From: Amphiscolops sp. MND2022
Lineage: Eukaryota
Length of the DNA stretch: 64,000 nt
Assembly: GCA_964187785.1 (NCBI GenBank)
Contig: OZ076409.1
Span: 96,908,001 to 96,972,000, forward strand
Direction of reading: 5' to 3'
Part shown: positions 49,501-62,400 of the stretch, in pieces
Numbering within the stretch: position 1 is the first letter of the stretch
Layout of the letters: every line of letters begins with the position of its first letter
Made by a program: the position numbers and the translations under genes
Notes under the pieces: generated by a model
Told to the model about the DNA's origin: nothing
Databases searched by the model: none
What the model saw: only the letters and a program-made list of their open reading frames with translations

Positions 49501-52189
49501 TGTTGGATCGGTTGCGTTTAATTAGTGGCTCTAGTGCTTGGTGGTCTGTTAATAATTTTATCGGTTTACCGTATATATAAAGGCGGAAGTGTTCTAATCC
49601 CCATACAACTGCCAATAATTCCAATTCATTGATTGCATATTTCTTTTCTGTATCGGAAAGGAAGCGACTGGCAAATCCGATCGGTTTTAAATCTCCAATT
49701 GGCTGTTCTTGCCATAGCGTTGCGCCCAGTCCTTTCGTGCTGGCGTCCGTTGTTAATATATTCGGAAAAATTGAATTGTAGTGGGCCAGACACGGTATTT
49801 CCGTGATTTTTTGTTTTAAATTTTCAAACGCTGTGGTGTGTTCGTCGGTTCAATTCCAAGTGTTATCTTTTTTTAGTAACTGTCTTAGAATGTCGGTTTG
49901 TGCTGACAGATTTTCGATGTATTTTGATAAATATTGAATTGCGCCTAGGAACGATTTTAGTTCCTTCTCATTTTCGGGTCTTTTCAGTTCTTTTATTGCG
50001 GTTAATTTGTATCGTAACGGTCTAATACCGTTTTGGTCAATTCTGTGGCCGATCCACTCTATTTCGGTTCTGAAAAGCTCAGATTTGTTCTCGCTTAGTC
50101 TGTAACCCGCGTTTTCTAATCTTGTTAACACATCGGTTAATTCCTTCATGTGTTTCTGTTTTGAGCCTTTAGTTACTACTATAATGTCATCCAGCCATGC
50201 TGGGTGTTATATTTTCCAATGTTTGGTCAATTTTCTCTTGAAAAAAGGTCGGTATGTCCGCTAACCCGTAAAATCCTTTTAAAAAACGGTAGTAGCCGGT
50301 AAAATTACCTCCGGTCACCGCGAATATGCAAAGGTCCATTGCTCGTTTTGATAATTGTAGTTGGCCGTACGCATAGCCTGATCGAACTTCGAAATCCATA
50401 TTTCGTCTGCCGGTCCGTCGGCTATTTTCCTGGAGATTCTTGAAATCAATTCCTCCATGTTTGGCATTTGTGTTTTCCTTTTTACCGTTATCTCGTTTAG
50501 TTTCCGAGAGTCCAGGGCTATTTTTACCGATTTGTCTTTTTTGATCGTTATTACCGCCGGGCTGACGAAGCATGTTTCGTCGATATCATTTGCTTTTTCA
50601 ATGTGCCCTTGGTCTTTTAGTTTTTCTATCTCTTTTTCGACCGCCGGTTGTAAATGGATCGGAATTGGTCTGCCCTTTTGTTGGATTAGCTTCGCTCCTT
50701 CTTTTAATTGAATATCTACTTTTATGTTATTTACCGTGTGATTTTCGTTAAACAGTTTGTGGAACTTACGTTTTAGTGTCGTTATGTCCCGGTCTTCTGT
50801 GTTTCCCGTCTTGGTTATGTGGTTGATTTCTGTTTTGGGGGTTTCTACCTCTAGTGTAATTCCCAATTTTCCCATCCAGTCTAGTCCGAGTAACGGGTGG
50901 GTGTTTCTAGTTGTTACCAGTATTTCCAGTTGGTGTTTTGTACCGTTCAATTCAACATTTGCGGTGGATTTTCCTTCGAATTTTATTTTATTGTCATTCA
51001 CGTCCCGATAATCTACAGTTATCGGATTGAGTGTTGTCACCTTGTTGAATTTAGATTTTGGAATAAGAGTTACTGGTGAGCCTGTGTCAATTATGAATTT
51101 GATTGGTCGGTTATTAACCAATACCGTTTTCATGTAGAACGGCGGTCCGTTCTTGTTATTTGTTGCCAGTGAATGGATTTTTGGTTGTATCAAATGTATT
51201 CTGTCTGGTGTCCAGTCATCTTCGTCCGCACTGTAAGTTTCTTCTTCTTCTGCTATATGGTTGATTTTTTTCGATGAGCGGCAGCATTTAGCGAAGTGTC
51301 CGGGTTTACCGCATTTGGCACATTTCTTTCCTCTCGCCGGACATTCGTGTTGTTTGGACCAATTGGGAGCTCCGCATCTGTTGCAGTCCATTCTTCTAAG
51401 TTTTGTGTTTTTTTCCGTTTGTTCTTTTGTGGGTTTGAATTTTCTCTTTTCTACATGTCTGATTTTCTTTTCTTCGTCAGTTTGTGGAGAATCGTTCAGT
51501 TTTTCATACATGTACTCGTGTATTGCGTCTGTTATTGTTTCAACTGACATGTCGCCCTTGCGTATTTTCTTTTTCAACTCATAATCTCCAGTTGACTTCC
51601 CTATGAGTGATAAGAATTTAGATGCAAGTAATTCTGCGGCTGTGATATTTTCGAATTCACAGTTCTTTTCGATTTCCAGAATTCTTTTCCATACATCTGC
51701 TGCCGTTTCTCCTTTTTCTCTCTTCAGGTCGAAGAAATCGGATCGGCTGTGTTGTACGTTCCGTTCCGGTGTGTAATGTAACCGGAATAGTGTGTATAGT
51801 TTATGTAGTGGGAGAGAGCTCGGTTCTCTTTCTCTTACCGTCTTAGTCATTTCGGTAAGGGCGTTTTGTCCAATTGCCCAAAGGAAGATGTCTTTTATCT
51901 CGGTTTCTAATTGTTCCCGATATTGTGGTAAGATCTCTTTGGAATTTACCATTGTTGAGATGTCGATTTCTTTCGTCATTTTCACATATTGGACGAATTT
52001 TCGCCACCACAGGTTTGCACTTGTGGTATCATATTTTTCCAGACTTGGTATAGATAGCTTTTGGGTGCAAGTCCGCTCGCCCGTTCTCATTGAAGTTTCA
52101 TTGGGCGGTTGCCGGGTACTTGAAGATTGGTCCAGTGACCGGTTAGATTGTTCACCATTCGTGGGTGGTGTGCTGTGAGATTCGTCCAT
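46483..52189 (-). pseudogene. gag-pol polyprotein of Gypsy B (4 frameshifts)
   Basis: CNRC..H.C / CAKCGKPGHFAKCC, IDTGS, WLDD (50186-50197), RNase H, HKGH..CIPC, LDFIGP, TDKA, GLVER. Breaks near 50380, 50205, 49850 and 48850 (4-bp gacc duplication). Confidence 0.95.
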
Positions 52190-52232
52190 TTTCGAATCGT
52201 ATGTAATAGTTCTTGGCTAAGTGTAAGTTAGC

Positions 52233-52244
52233 CTGACTGCGCCA
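52233..52244 (-). promoter_or_regulatory. Primer binding site (tRNA-Ser-type) of Gypsy B
   Basis: TGGCGCAGTCAG abutting the 5' LTR. Confidence 0.8.
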
Positions 52245-52455
52245 TGTTGTAATCTCTTTGCTTGACAAAAGTTACACAACATAAAACTGTATTCGTCTAT
52301 CAATCTTTTTGTACTGAATAAAGATCAGCTTTCTAAGTATAGACAATAGTAACAGGTACTAAGGACATGTAGACAATTAAGTATAATGATATCAAACAAT
52401 GATAATGTCTGTCTCTGGTTTGTCCTCTAATTCTAGTTCTTTAGCTGCTACTTCA
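52245..52455 (-). repeat. 5' LTR of Gypsy B
   Basis: TGAAGT...ACAACA on the minus strand. Confidence 0.97.
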
Positions 52456-53177
52456 ATTATATTTGCATGAAATCTAGCTCTTCAAACCTTTAGCATAGGT
52501 GTATAATAGCCTAGAACAAGAAGCAATTTTGCTTTAATACTAAACTCCAATTACTCTGTAGTAATGGGTGATTTTACCTTCTGGTTATAGAAAAATAACA
52601 AAATTCAAAACCCCAAAGCATTTCACTATTTTTCCCGCAAACATTTTCTGGGACAATTGAGTATTACTTTTCATCATTTATGAATTAATCAGGAAATATT
52701 GCCAAAAACTGTTATTGTAATATTGTTTGAGATTTTCGGGTAAAAATTGGCACTTTAGTTTAGGAATACACATTAAGTTTATTAAGGGTCTGCCTCAGTC
52801 GACTATGTTGAACTAATTGTCGTCTGTTTTCAATGGCTTTCTGTTTGTGAATCGCGGGGACTTTTTTGAGAGGTGGTTTTTTACCTCAGGTAAATGTTCT
52901 ACTCCATATAACTCAGGTAGTGATTACCGAAGGCATTATGTCGCTGTTTTTTACAGTGTAAAATAGCTCCGCGTCACATTTTAGATAGAATAGAAACTAA
53001 TTGGGTTCTTTCTAGCTTTTTTTTCAAAATCGTCCTCTTTAAGTTTCATTTGCAAACAAACTTTTGAATTTGAAACTTTTTTTGCTAAAAAGAATAGCAT
53101 CACTAAATTCATGCAAAAGTGAGCCTGCAAGATACTTTAAAAAAGCATCTGAAATTAATTAAGATTGAATTGATACC

Positions 53178-53592
53178 ATGGCTCTTTTCTGTTCCCTCCC
53201 CCCCCCCACCATCAATTTTTGAAGGGAAATTTACAAAAAACTTTCAAACTGGTTGAATTCGAAGTCAAGTTTTTCCCATAACAGGAAGTTAACTTCTCTT
53301 GGAATAATTTTTCGTTTGAACAAATCATTTTTCACACATTTTGACTGTAAATATGTTGAAAATTAACTGTTTTTAGTGACTCAAAACAGGAAACTGTTGA
53401 GTTTTTAACAAGAATGCGTGACTCCATGAGGAAAAAAGCGTGAACAAAGCTTGTATCTGAATTCTAAACTGTCATCCTGAGAAAAAATATAGAAGTAAAG
53501 TTTGTGATTTAGTCCGAGAACTTTTTATTTTAATAATTTCACAATAGTTTTTCAAAAAAAATAGGTGGTAGGGGGGGAACAGAAAAGAACCG
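53178..53592. mobile_element. MITE; partial homolog at ~5270-5510
   Basis: TIR gg.tcttttctgttccc / gggaacagaaaaga.cc; internal caaaacaggaa.ctg...aagaatgcgtga..gtgaacaaag.ttgtatct shared with 5276-5400. Confidence 0.65.
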
Positions 53593-54549
53593 ACACCATT
53601 GCACTATATCAAGTTTTATTTAAACCATAGTCGAGATTGTTGGAACTTTTTATATTCTGCATGCCTGTTTGAAGGATGTTCAAAGGAATTGCTTCCTGTG
53701 GTAATTCTTGTAGAACTACATTGCAGTTTCCGCTATTGAATTTGATATCGAAATTAATTCCCACTTCGTCACTGACACGATCACGTTGCATTCACACTTC
53801 AACTTTTCAACTACACATCTTATGTAATCACCATTTCTCGAATGGCACGCAGAAATGACGCTACTTGGCAGCCTATGACGTTTCTGCAGTTACTTTGCCT
53901 AAAATATGCTGTGAAATGGGACACTTCTCAGTTGCTTTTAAAAATAGATCTGTTGGTTAAAAAACCTGTGAAATTTCATGGCGTCAAATGTCTACTGAAT
54001 TTTTAATGAGTCTTTCAAGCAATTTAAAAGTTGAGGGAAACATTTCGCATAAAAAAGTTCGATATAAATTGTAGCAAGTCATAATAAAAATCTGCAACTT
54101 TGAAAAACATGTTATTTTTCTGACATAACTTCTATAAGTTCACCTTTGAAGCGTTTTGATGATATTTATTTTCATTACATTATATTGCATGTTTGTATTC
54201 AAAATTTTCACATGGCTCTTTCTTGAAATAAATTATTGGCTCTTCTCCCACCTCCCTGCCACTGTTTTTTTCTGGAAGAGTAGTGAAAATTTTGCAGAAA
54301 ACTACAAACCAGAAACCTTCAATTTCATGGTGGGAGTTCAAAACTGAGAACTTTCTCCACTCTATTTTTGCCTATGAAGTCACACATTCTTGTCGAAGAA
54401 ATCAAAAGCTTCCCGTTTTGAGTCACAAAAAAACAGTTAATTCGAACATATTTATAGACAAATGCGTGGAAAATGTTTTGTTCAAGCAAAACCAGAGCCG
54501 CATATGCGGTAAAGGAGTCGGCTTAAGTCTTTTTCCTTCTGACACGCTT

Positions 54550-54930
54550 TCGTTCGAATCATATGGACTGTTTTTGCAAAAATCAAAAAAAGTCGAAAAA
54601 TGGCTGTTTTTTGGCCATTTTTGGGTTAATTTTGGCTTATGTGTCTCACATCTCAGCCATACGATTTTGATGCCATTGCACATATAGGACCCTAATATGG
54701 TGTACAATGACTGTATAAAATTTTGTTCGAATCGTATAGACAGTTTTTGAGAAAAAAGTCGAAAACTGTCAAAAAATGGCAGTTTTTTGGTCATTTTTGG
54801 GCTAATTTTGGCCATGTTTCTCACATTCCAGTCATACGATTTTGATGCCTTTGAGCACGAAGGGGCCCCTTTGGGTGTAGAATGACTGTGCAAAATTTTA
54901 TGAAAATCGTATGGACAGCTTTTGAGAAAT
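54550..54930. repeat. ~175-bp diverged tandem units, probably subterminal region of a DNA transposon
   Basis: aatc(a/g)tat(g/a)gac.g.ttttg recurs at ~54556, 54730 and 54905 with similar intervening sequence. Confidence 0.6.
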
Positions 54931-55861
54931 TTGAAATTTTCATGAAAGATCGGTAAAAAAAAACAAAGAAACTGCACGATTGTATAAGTAGTCGAACATT
55001 TTTTCCGACTCCTGAAAATAAATTGGGAATTCGGAGAATTGGGAGTTTTCAGAAATCTGAATAAAATGCTGCATAAAACTTTGAAAAAATGCGGAAAACA
55101 AAATGAGTTCGTTCGCATCAGTTGATCCCGGACTCGTTTTTGTTTCCTCGGAGATGTAATAGCTTTTGCTAGCAATCGATTTTTTCCTATTTTTTCCCAA
55201 AAAACGCCGACCATTAAAATTTCTTTTCCTATCCAAACCACTCGTAACCGTCTATGATTATTTCTGTCCTAGCTTCTGTCGTGTTGACCTGCTAAAGGAC
55301 ACTAGAAAAACAAAGACAAAGCAAACACATTTTGAAATCGGCGCCGTACTATCATTCCTTTTGCATTTTTTTGTCTCGAGTAATTACCCTGCGAGCTCTT
55401 GCGTGAACAAAATTGCTTTGCATAATTGGAACCACTTCTCTATTTTTCGCAATATCCCATTTTTACTTTTTCCTAAACTTTCCATATTTATAAATTCTGG
55501 AAAACCTGCTGAAGTCAAAAAGCGACCGCTTTCTCGTTGACAGAGATTGTTTATCAAAAAAGACACAAAGCCCAAATTTATACGTACCATATGGTAACAA
55601 TATAAATGCTTTCAAATCAACACCAAAAAAAACAATCAAATCAACACCGCCTTCGGTTGAAAAAGATAATCAATGAATGAAAATACTATAAATAGAATTT
55701 TCTGTCGGCAAGAACAATTTTCTTGATAACAAGACCCAAAGGAATTTTGATTTCTGGTTGGTCTCAGAACATTACTGCCAAGCTTGGAAAATAACTTGAG
55801 TGATCTCTTTTGGGACAGCTCATTTCTCAGTGCTAATTAAATCAGTTTAGTTGTCAGTATA

Positions 55862-56071
55862 CAGTATGGTTCCAAAATGTTGAATACGGCAAACCTGTTT
55901 TTCAACGTAACAATTTGACAAGCAATAAAAGAATCTAATGGTGCTGGCGATTCCGACTATGTTTTAACGTTGAAACAAGTGAAATGATTCCACGCATTTT
56001 TGTTAGCAAAGAAAATTTTTGAAATTTTCTTCAGCTTTGAAAGCCGTATTCAACATTTTGGAACCATACTG
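55862..56071. mobile_element. Tc1/mariner-type MITE (210 bp)
   Basis: Perfect 29-bp TIR CAGTATGGTTCCAAAATGTTGAATACGGC flanked by TA. Confidence 0.92.
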
Positions 56072-56984
56072 TAGTACGCCTCAAGCATTGCATTCAGCTG
56101 ATGATAAATGTGATGAAAAAAATTAATTGAATCGGATGCTTTTTCAGATCTATTGAACAGAAATTTCCACCATTTTTTAACCAGTTCAATCTTTGTGTAT
56201 TCCGTTTCTTTCTCAGTTAATGCATAGGGAAAATGTAGTTTTTACAAAAACCAAATTGAAAGGGAGTGAACAAATTATGTTTATTGAAATATGTAACAAT
56301 TTTTTTAAATATTGCACTTTCAGAACCCTTGCTTGTGAGCAGATTAATTGGGGTGAATTTTTAAGATTCCATAATGGCTCGTGTTCAATTATATGTTGGT
56401 CCAATTTTTGCCATTTTCATTGCTTTTAGAAAATAGTTTTCGTAAAAATTATGTTAATGAAAACTACTTCTTGGGCTTAATGACTCTTGAGCGGAATTTG
56501 AAAGGTTTCCTTGCTTACACGAAGTGTTCAATGCTTCATGCCGAGATAGGTGAATTTTTTAAATTACCGTAGTGGTATATTTTTGTTCGATGATTGTTGA
56601 ACACATTAATGTTTTTTGCAAGGTTTCTCCAATTTTGCTGAAAGAAGTTTCGAGTTCTTTTGCGTAGTTTAGTGAAAACTGGGTTGATTCTTGCCTTGTT
56701 CAATTTTAGAAACCTTCTTTCCAGCAGATTTTCACTAATTTTTTTCCTTAAAAAACGCCGAACCTTAGCAGTGGGTATCTTTCAAGACCCCTTAGACTAA
56801 CATACTCTATAAACTTCTATTTCAGGCTTAAAATTCTCTTTGGTGTTTATACAGACTACGTCGAACGGTGTCTTTTTGATTTTTGGCAATGTGCGATTTT
56901 ACCAGAAAACGTTTTCAAATAACCAACTGTACTAACACAAAACTGTCCGATCCAAAAGTTTATTGTAAGAAAGTTCTTTTGATT

Positions 56985-57680
56985 TTATGTGTCAACAACT
57001 CGCTGGTATGTTAGACCTAAACTAGGTAGAGGTCCGGACAGATCAGATGAACCGTATAACATATCTCTTTTCCCCCTCTCTATCTATCTTTGGATTTTGA
57101 GATACTGGAATACTGGATGTGTCCCGATGGCGTCATGTTTCGATGGCAGTAGGAAGTCTGCTGGCTTCTGGACTACTTTCGGTTACGGCGTTTCTTTTGA
57201 CCTGTTCCAAACGGGACCCATAAAAAACAAAATCATATTGCTTTCTCTATTTTACCCATAAACGTTCTAGTGTAGAGTCTGCTACCGTATCTATTCAGTC
57301 TATTAGTATTTCGACTTAATGGTCGTATTTTAGGTTCAGAATACTCATTCAGTCTTTCACTATTGGTGGTGTGTATCTGTATCACATCAGTTTCCGGGTT
57401 CAACGGGATCGGCTCATTATTGCCGTCATGTTCGGAGGTGACGTATACTCGGTCTCCGGTTTCCTCCGGAATCTCTTCATCATCATCATTGTCGTCTATA
57501 TCTTCTGTCTCGGTGTCCGCTTTCTTTCGCTTTCGGACGATCTGGAGTTTGCCGTTTATTATGTTTCGAACTATTTCGTCCAACCTTTCCCGTATTGGTC
57601 CCCATACGCAGTGCCTATTTTTCGGTAAGGTTTCACTGCTTTCCATGCGTGCTGTTTTTCGTCGGTTTCTTTTTAGTCTA
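56985..57680 (-). mobile_element. 3' remnant of a Ty3/Gypsy element (integrase tail, PPT, partial LTR)
   Basis: ORF 57233-57646 is acidic with a R..SR.T.R..RYG tail motif; PPT GGGGGAAAAAGAGATA then TGTTATACGGTTCA at 57061; LTR similar to 9997-10064. Confidence 0.65.
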
Positions 57681-58918
57681 TAACAGGAGGCTCGAAATGA
57701 AGTTTTGACTAATAGTTTTCCTCGTGTCCTTTTCCTCGTAATGACTGGGTCATAATTAGGAAAAGTTCAATTTTTTGATACTTTGAGACTGCTATGCAGG
57801 GCAAATTATAAAACCTTAAAAATTCTGCCAAGTTCTGGTGGTACACTTGGTAGACGTACACTGCATTTTCCACTACTGTAACAATTTTGAAAGTAAATCC
57901 CACTTCATTACCGACACGATCACTTTGTATTCGCTCTTTGGTTTCTCAACTACTCGTTAGATGTGAATAGCGCGCTAATAATGACACTAAATTGCAGTTT
58001 TTTATGCGACTGAAGTTTTTTGTAATAAAATGGCGGTAAAACACACAGCAAAACATTTCCCTTAAAAAGAGCACTTTTTTTCATGAAAGCTGTAAATCTT
58101 CGAGACCCAAATTTTTGCCAAATTTTCGACCGAACCTTCCAAGCACCGTGATAAAAATCGAAGAAAACAGGTAAAACGTTTTTGTTTGAACGTTTCCGTG
58201 AGAGTTTTAGAAAGTCAAAGTAAAATTTGCTGGCAACATGAAAGTGCATGCAAAAAGTTCAAATAATTTCAACAAGAGCTCTTTTGTTCTTTTCCCGTTC
58301 CTCGAAAAGAGTCATTACGCATTTTATCTGTTTTCTTTTTGCAAATGGTTTTACTAGTTGAGTTTTTTCCACAGAGAAGTGTGAGTTGCCAGAAGTGCCT
58401 ATGGAAACGGCAAACAAAATCAAATCTCGACACGTTCTTGGTAAAAATTGAAGCAAAGCAAAAGCTTTTCAGTTTCTTTTAACATCCAGCTTTTATTTTG
58501 TCCGCTCGTAGTTTTTGTTGGCAGGCATAATGTTAGAAGTTTGTCCCGAATCCTTTTTGAGACATGGCACTTCTGGTGAGAAGATTTCTTATGCGCGAAA
58601 AGATTTTTTAAACAATTTACCAAACGCTTTGTGCAAAGTTATTATTAGAATCATGAGCGTTTACTGTCTTTCATTCCAATTTTTTCTCCTCATTTTTTTA
58701 AACTTTTAAGTGAGAAAACAAGTCTGTCTTTTAAAAAAATGGTATCAAATTTAAATTACACTGTTCCTTTTATGAAGTTACAATAACTTTTACTTCGCTT
58801 TGATATGTGAACTTTTAAAAGGTAAAATACAGCGTTTTTTCACATTATTCAGCTGCTGGTTATTTGGAATCATTCATGTCGTAAGCTAAACAGAGTGTAA
58901 AAAAAGTGTTGTTAGAAT

Positions 58919-59400
58919 AAACAAGACGGGAACGTCTGAAGTCGGCGCTATATCTGAGGCTTAAAAAGCGCAAAAAAGTTTTTTAATTGTAAAAAGGGGG
59001 GCTTTTCGGCTTTTTGAAAATCCAGTTCGTTGCAATATATTTAAAAAATTGAAGGAGGACCCTTTGGAGACGTTAAAAAAATTCGTTAAAAAATTGAATT
59101 AATTTTCGAAAAAAAAAACGAAAAAGGGGAATTTTGAAACAGTTTTATAATGCCGAAAAACTTGAAAGGGGAAACCCTTTGAGCTTTTTGAAACTTCAGT
59201 TTGCTGCAAAACTTGAAGAGGGACCCTTTGGCGACAAAAAAATTCGAAAAAAGTTGAACAGTGCCAAACAAATTTCAAAGGGGATTTCTTTTCTCAAATA
59301 TTTGCCGGTTCCGAGAATCGAACCGGTAATCTTATGAATCCGAAGCCGATGCTCTACCGACTGTGCTAAAGCGGCTTGAAAACGATTAATTTCTATTTAC
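58919..59400 (-). mobile_element. HINE-like element, 5' end missing
   Basis: aaacaagacgggaacgtctgaagtcggcgctatatc start; ggaccctttg cores. Confidence 0.7.
59303..59375 (-). ncRNA. tRNA-like (pseudo-tRNA) module inside HINE copy
   Basis: GCCGCTT TAGCACAGTCGGTAGAGC ... CTTCGGA ... GGTTCGATTCT .. AACCGGC-A: A-box, B-box and a 6/7 acceptor stem; anticodon stem pairs poorly. Confidence 0.6.
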
Positions 59401-62400
59401 TTTTAATCTTATTATTGTTTGCCAACATCCTCCGGGCCCAAGAAGATGAGAATGTCGAAAACCCTTTTTTGTTCATTGCATGATTACGTGAAATCAAAAT
59501 TTTTTATCACATACAAAATATTTCATGAAGCATACATAAAGTAAGATAAAGAAACTAAACGTTGTTCATCCGGGAATGGGAAGGACGGGGGCGAGCTTGA
59601 CTACTGGGCGGACAAGGTTACCAGATGCTGTTCTGACTTCGGCGGACCTGGCGATGGCATCTGTGCCAAAGTTGAGCTTTACGACACGAGCTTTTGGATA
59701 GTGTCCTCTAGGTGAGGTCGGTTCGACAATCCACACAAGATCTCCGATCTTGAGATCTCTGTTTGCGTGCGATGGCCACTTCGGACAGCGGTTCAGGATG
59801 AGAGCAAACTCTCTTTACCATCTGCTCCTTATTAAGTCGGAATAAGCTTGCGCTCGAGCGTAACGCTTGCGATGGTCAACATCTGCTTGCTGATGCGAAG
59901 GCAATACTGAACCCGAGGTTCCAAGTATAAAATGATTTGTAGTTAAAGTGTCCAAATTGGTCGCATCTGCACTAGCAGGCATTAGAGGTCGTGCATTCAA
60001 ACTTTGTTCCACAAGGCAGAACGCGGTTGCAAGAATTTCATCTGTCAGACGTCTATTTCCGAGGACAGCGTAGAAAATGTGCTTGAAACTGCGTACTAGA
60101 CGTTCCCAAACACGTCCATGGTGCGGAGCACTGGGTGGGTTAAATTTCCATTTGATTCCTTTCTAGACGAGTGATTCGGTAAGGACTTGTTGATTCCAGT
60201 TTCTGACGTTCTGCAACAGTTCTTTGTCTTTCGCTATAAAGTTGGTGCCGTTGTCCGACCAGAGGACTGATGGGGTGATTCGTCGGGCAGCAAATCGTTC
60301 AAATCCCATCACACAACTACTTGTGTCCATTGATGGCACAACTTCAAAATGCACGGCGCGAGTAGTTATGCATGTGAAAAGGAATCCCCAGCGCTTCTCA
60401 GTAGAGCGTTTCACGGACACGTAAAATGGACCAAAGTAGTCGATTACAGTGTTGCTGAATGGAGGTTCTCTGTATGCGAGTCTCCCCCGTGGAAGATCTG
60501 ACATCATGGGAGTTAACGTCTCAGCTTTGCGCTTGCGGCAGGTTATGCACCGGCACACAATTGACCTCAAAGATGATCTCAATTTGAAAATTGCATACTG
60601 TTGTTGGATAAACGCCCTTAAGTAATCGACACCCTGGTGGCATTGTTTTCCATGCAAGTTTTCCAGGAACAACCGAACCAGTGGATGACAGCTCTCAAGT
60701 AGGATTGGGTGTTTTGTGTCAAAGGAAGCAACATCCAGTTGCTTTGTTCGACCTGAAGCTCGCAGTAAACCGTTAGGCCCAATGAAAGGGGAAAATTCAA
60801 CAATTTTAGAAGACTCGCTGGGGGGGGATGACTTCAAAAAGCATTTTTTAGTCGGCGCTTTTCGAAGAAAAACGCAGACTATAGTAGTGACTTCTTTTTT
60901 TTTAAGACCAACGAACTGACAGATTTTATAAATTTTATAAGTTGGTACTAAACCGGCGCGAACACTAAACTGTGTCACGCTACTTCACTGCCACTTGGCC
61001 ACTACGACTTTTTCGAGGTCTGACGAGCAGAATGACATGGGTGCGAGTCCCGCCATGTGCAAATTTGTTTTTTGTGCAAATTTGTTTTTTCGGCTTTGTG
61101 AGACTTTTTTCGCAAATATCTCCAAATGGTCCACCCTTCATTTTTTTGTCTATTTTGCAAAAGAATGGATGTTAAAAAACTTCCAAAGGGCCCCATTTTA
61201 CATGTTTTGGCACTATGCGACTTACGGGAGAGCAAAAAAATTTAAAAAATTTCAAAAAAAATCGGAATTTTTTTTTCAATTTTTCCTCAAAGGGGTACTG
61301 TAGAAGAGAATACTTGACACTTTGAAGTCCTTTTGTTATTTTTGAGCCTTAGATATGGCGCCGACTTGGGCCGTTCCCGGCTTGTTTTTCAGTGTTAAAG
61401 GATTCGAGTTGTACCAGACGGAACAATCTCTGTTGAGCATTGTCGAGTTTAGCTGAATCGGTAATGTCTCCGTTGACGGTGCGACTGGATTCGTTCTTGG
61501 GTAGGAGGCGCAACATGTAAGCCACAATGCGCAGAAGTTTCTCATATGAGCTGTATTTCTGTCACTCGAAAGTTTTTGCAATTGCGGTTACTGTTGCAGT
61601 GGCTGTAGTACACTGATTTCCTTTGGTTTGGGTAGTTTCAGTTGAATTAGCGCTTTCGTGGAACTTCTGACGAAATTCTTCGCGGGGTTCGAAGGGGAAG
61701 TCAGTTGTTTTCAGAAAGTCCGGTCCGGTCAGCCAACAACTGTTCACAAGAGCAGTCGCAGGTATCCCACGGGTGCCCGCATCAGCGGGGTTGTGAGCTG
61801 AAGGAACGTAGTGCCACTCGTCAACAGTGGTTAATTCTAGTATTTCGCTTACTCGGTTCGCAACAAATGAGGGTTGCTTTTCCAAAGAAAGTAACTTCGG
61901 TAATCTGAGGCTTCGGTAACTTCTTGCTATGGTAATTTCATTCAAAATCGACAGCTCCTCGCTCCATTCCAAGAACTTTTTTACAATTTCGTCTGGCAAA
62001 TTGTTGTCCAACTGCTGCCAATAAGCCTCCAAATGTCTTTCAAAAGTAGGCGCGCTTTTATGGTAAATGGGGCGACGAGATCAATTGGGCCGTTTACAGC
62101 GGATACCAAACTCAGAACGACCCTTTGAGTAACGTTTCTGTCGGTGTTCGGACTTGTTCCTCTGCTAAAAATTAGGGTGTCTGTTGAGTGATTCTAATTC
62201 AGTCCAAGAACATGTGAGAATTTCTCTGCTGTAGGAATCTCTTTCGCGCCCGTGGTCTCGTTGTCGCTGTTCGGTTCCACTTCAATGGGAATGCTCGGTA
62301 CATTTGACACAAACTTCGTCAGTTTGAACCCACCCAAAGCAAACAGTTCAACAAGATCTTTTGCTTTGTTGGAGGCTTCGGTAACTGTTGGACCAGATTC

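Larger units (their letters stand above)
46315..52455 (-). mobile_element. Full-length Ty3/Gypsy (Mag-like) LTR retrotransposon B
   Basis: 211-bp LTRs TG..CA, TSD ATTAT (46310-46314, 52456-52460), PBS TGGCGCAGTCAG, PPT GGAGGGGGGAG (46526-46536). Confidence 0.97.

Noticed and set aside
33111..52178. Many plus-strand ORFs overlapping Gypsy A and B
   Set aside because: Antisense shadows of A-rich gag-pol codon usage; no conserved motifs seen between A and B.
54423..55241. 272-aa minus-strand ORF
   Set aside because: Spans a ~175-bp tandem repeat, F/K-rich composition, no recognisable domain.
59303..59375. Functional tRNA-Arg(TCG) gene
   Set aside because: D, anticodon and T stems pair poorly and it is embedded in a repeat; kept only as tRNA-derived.
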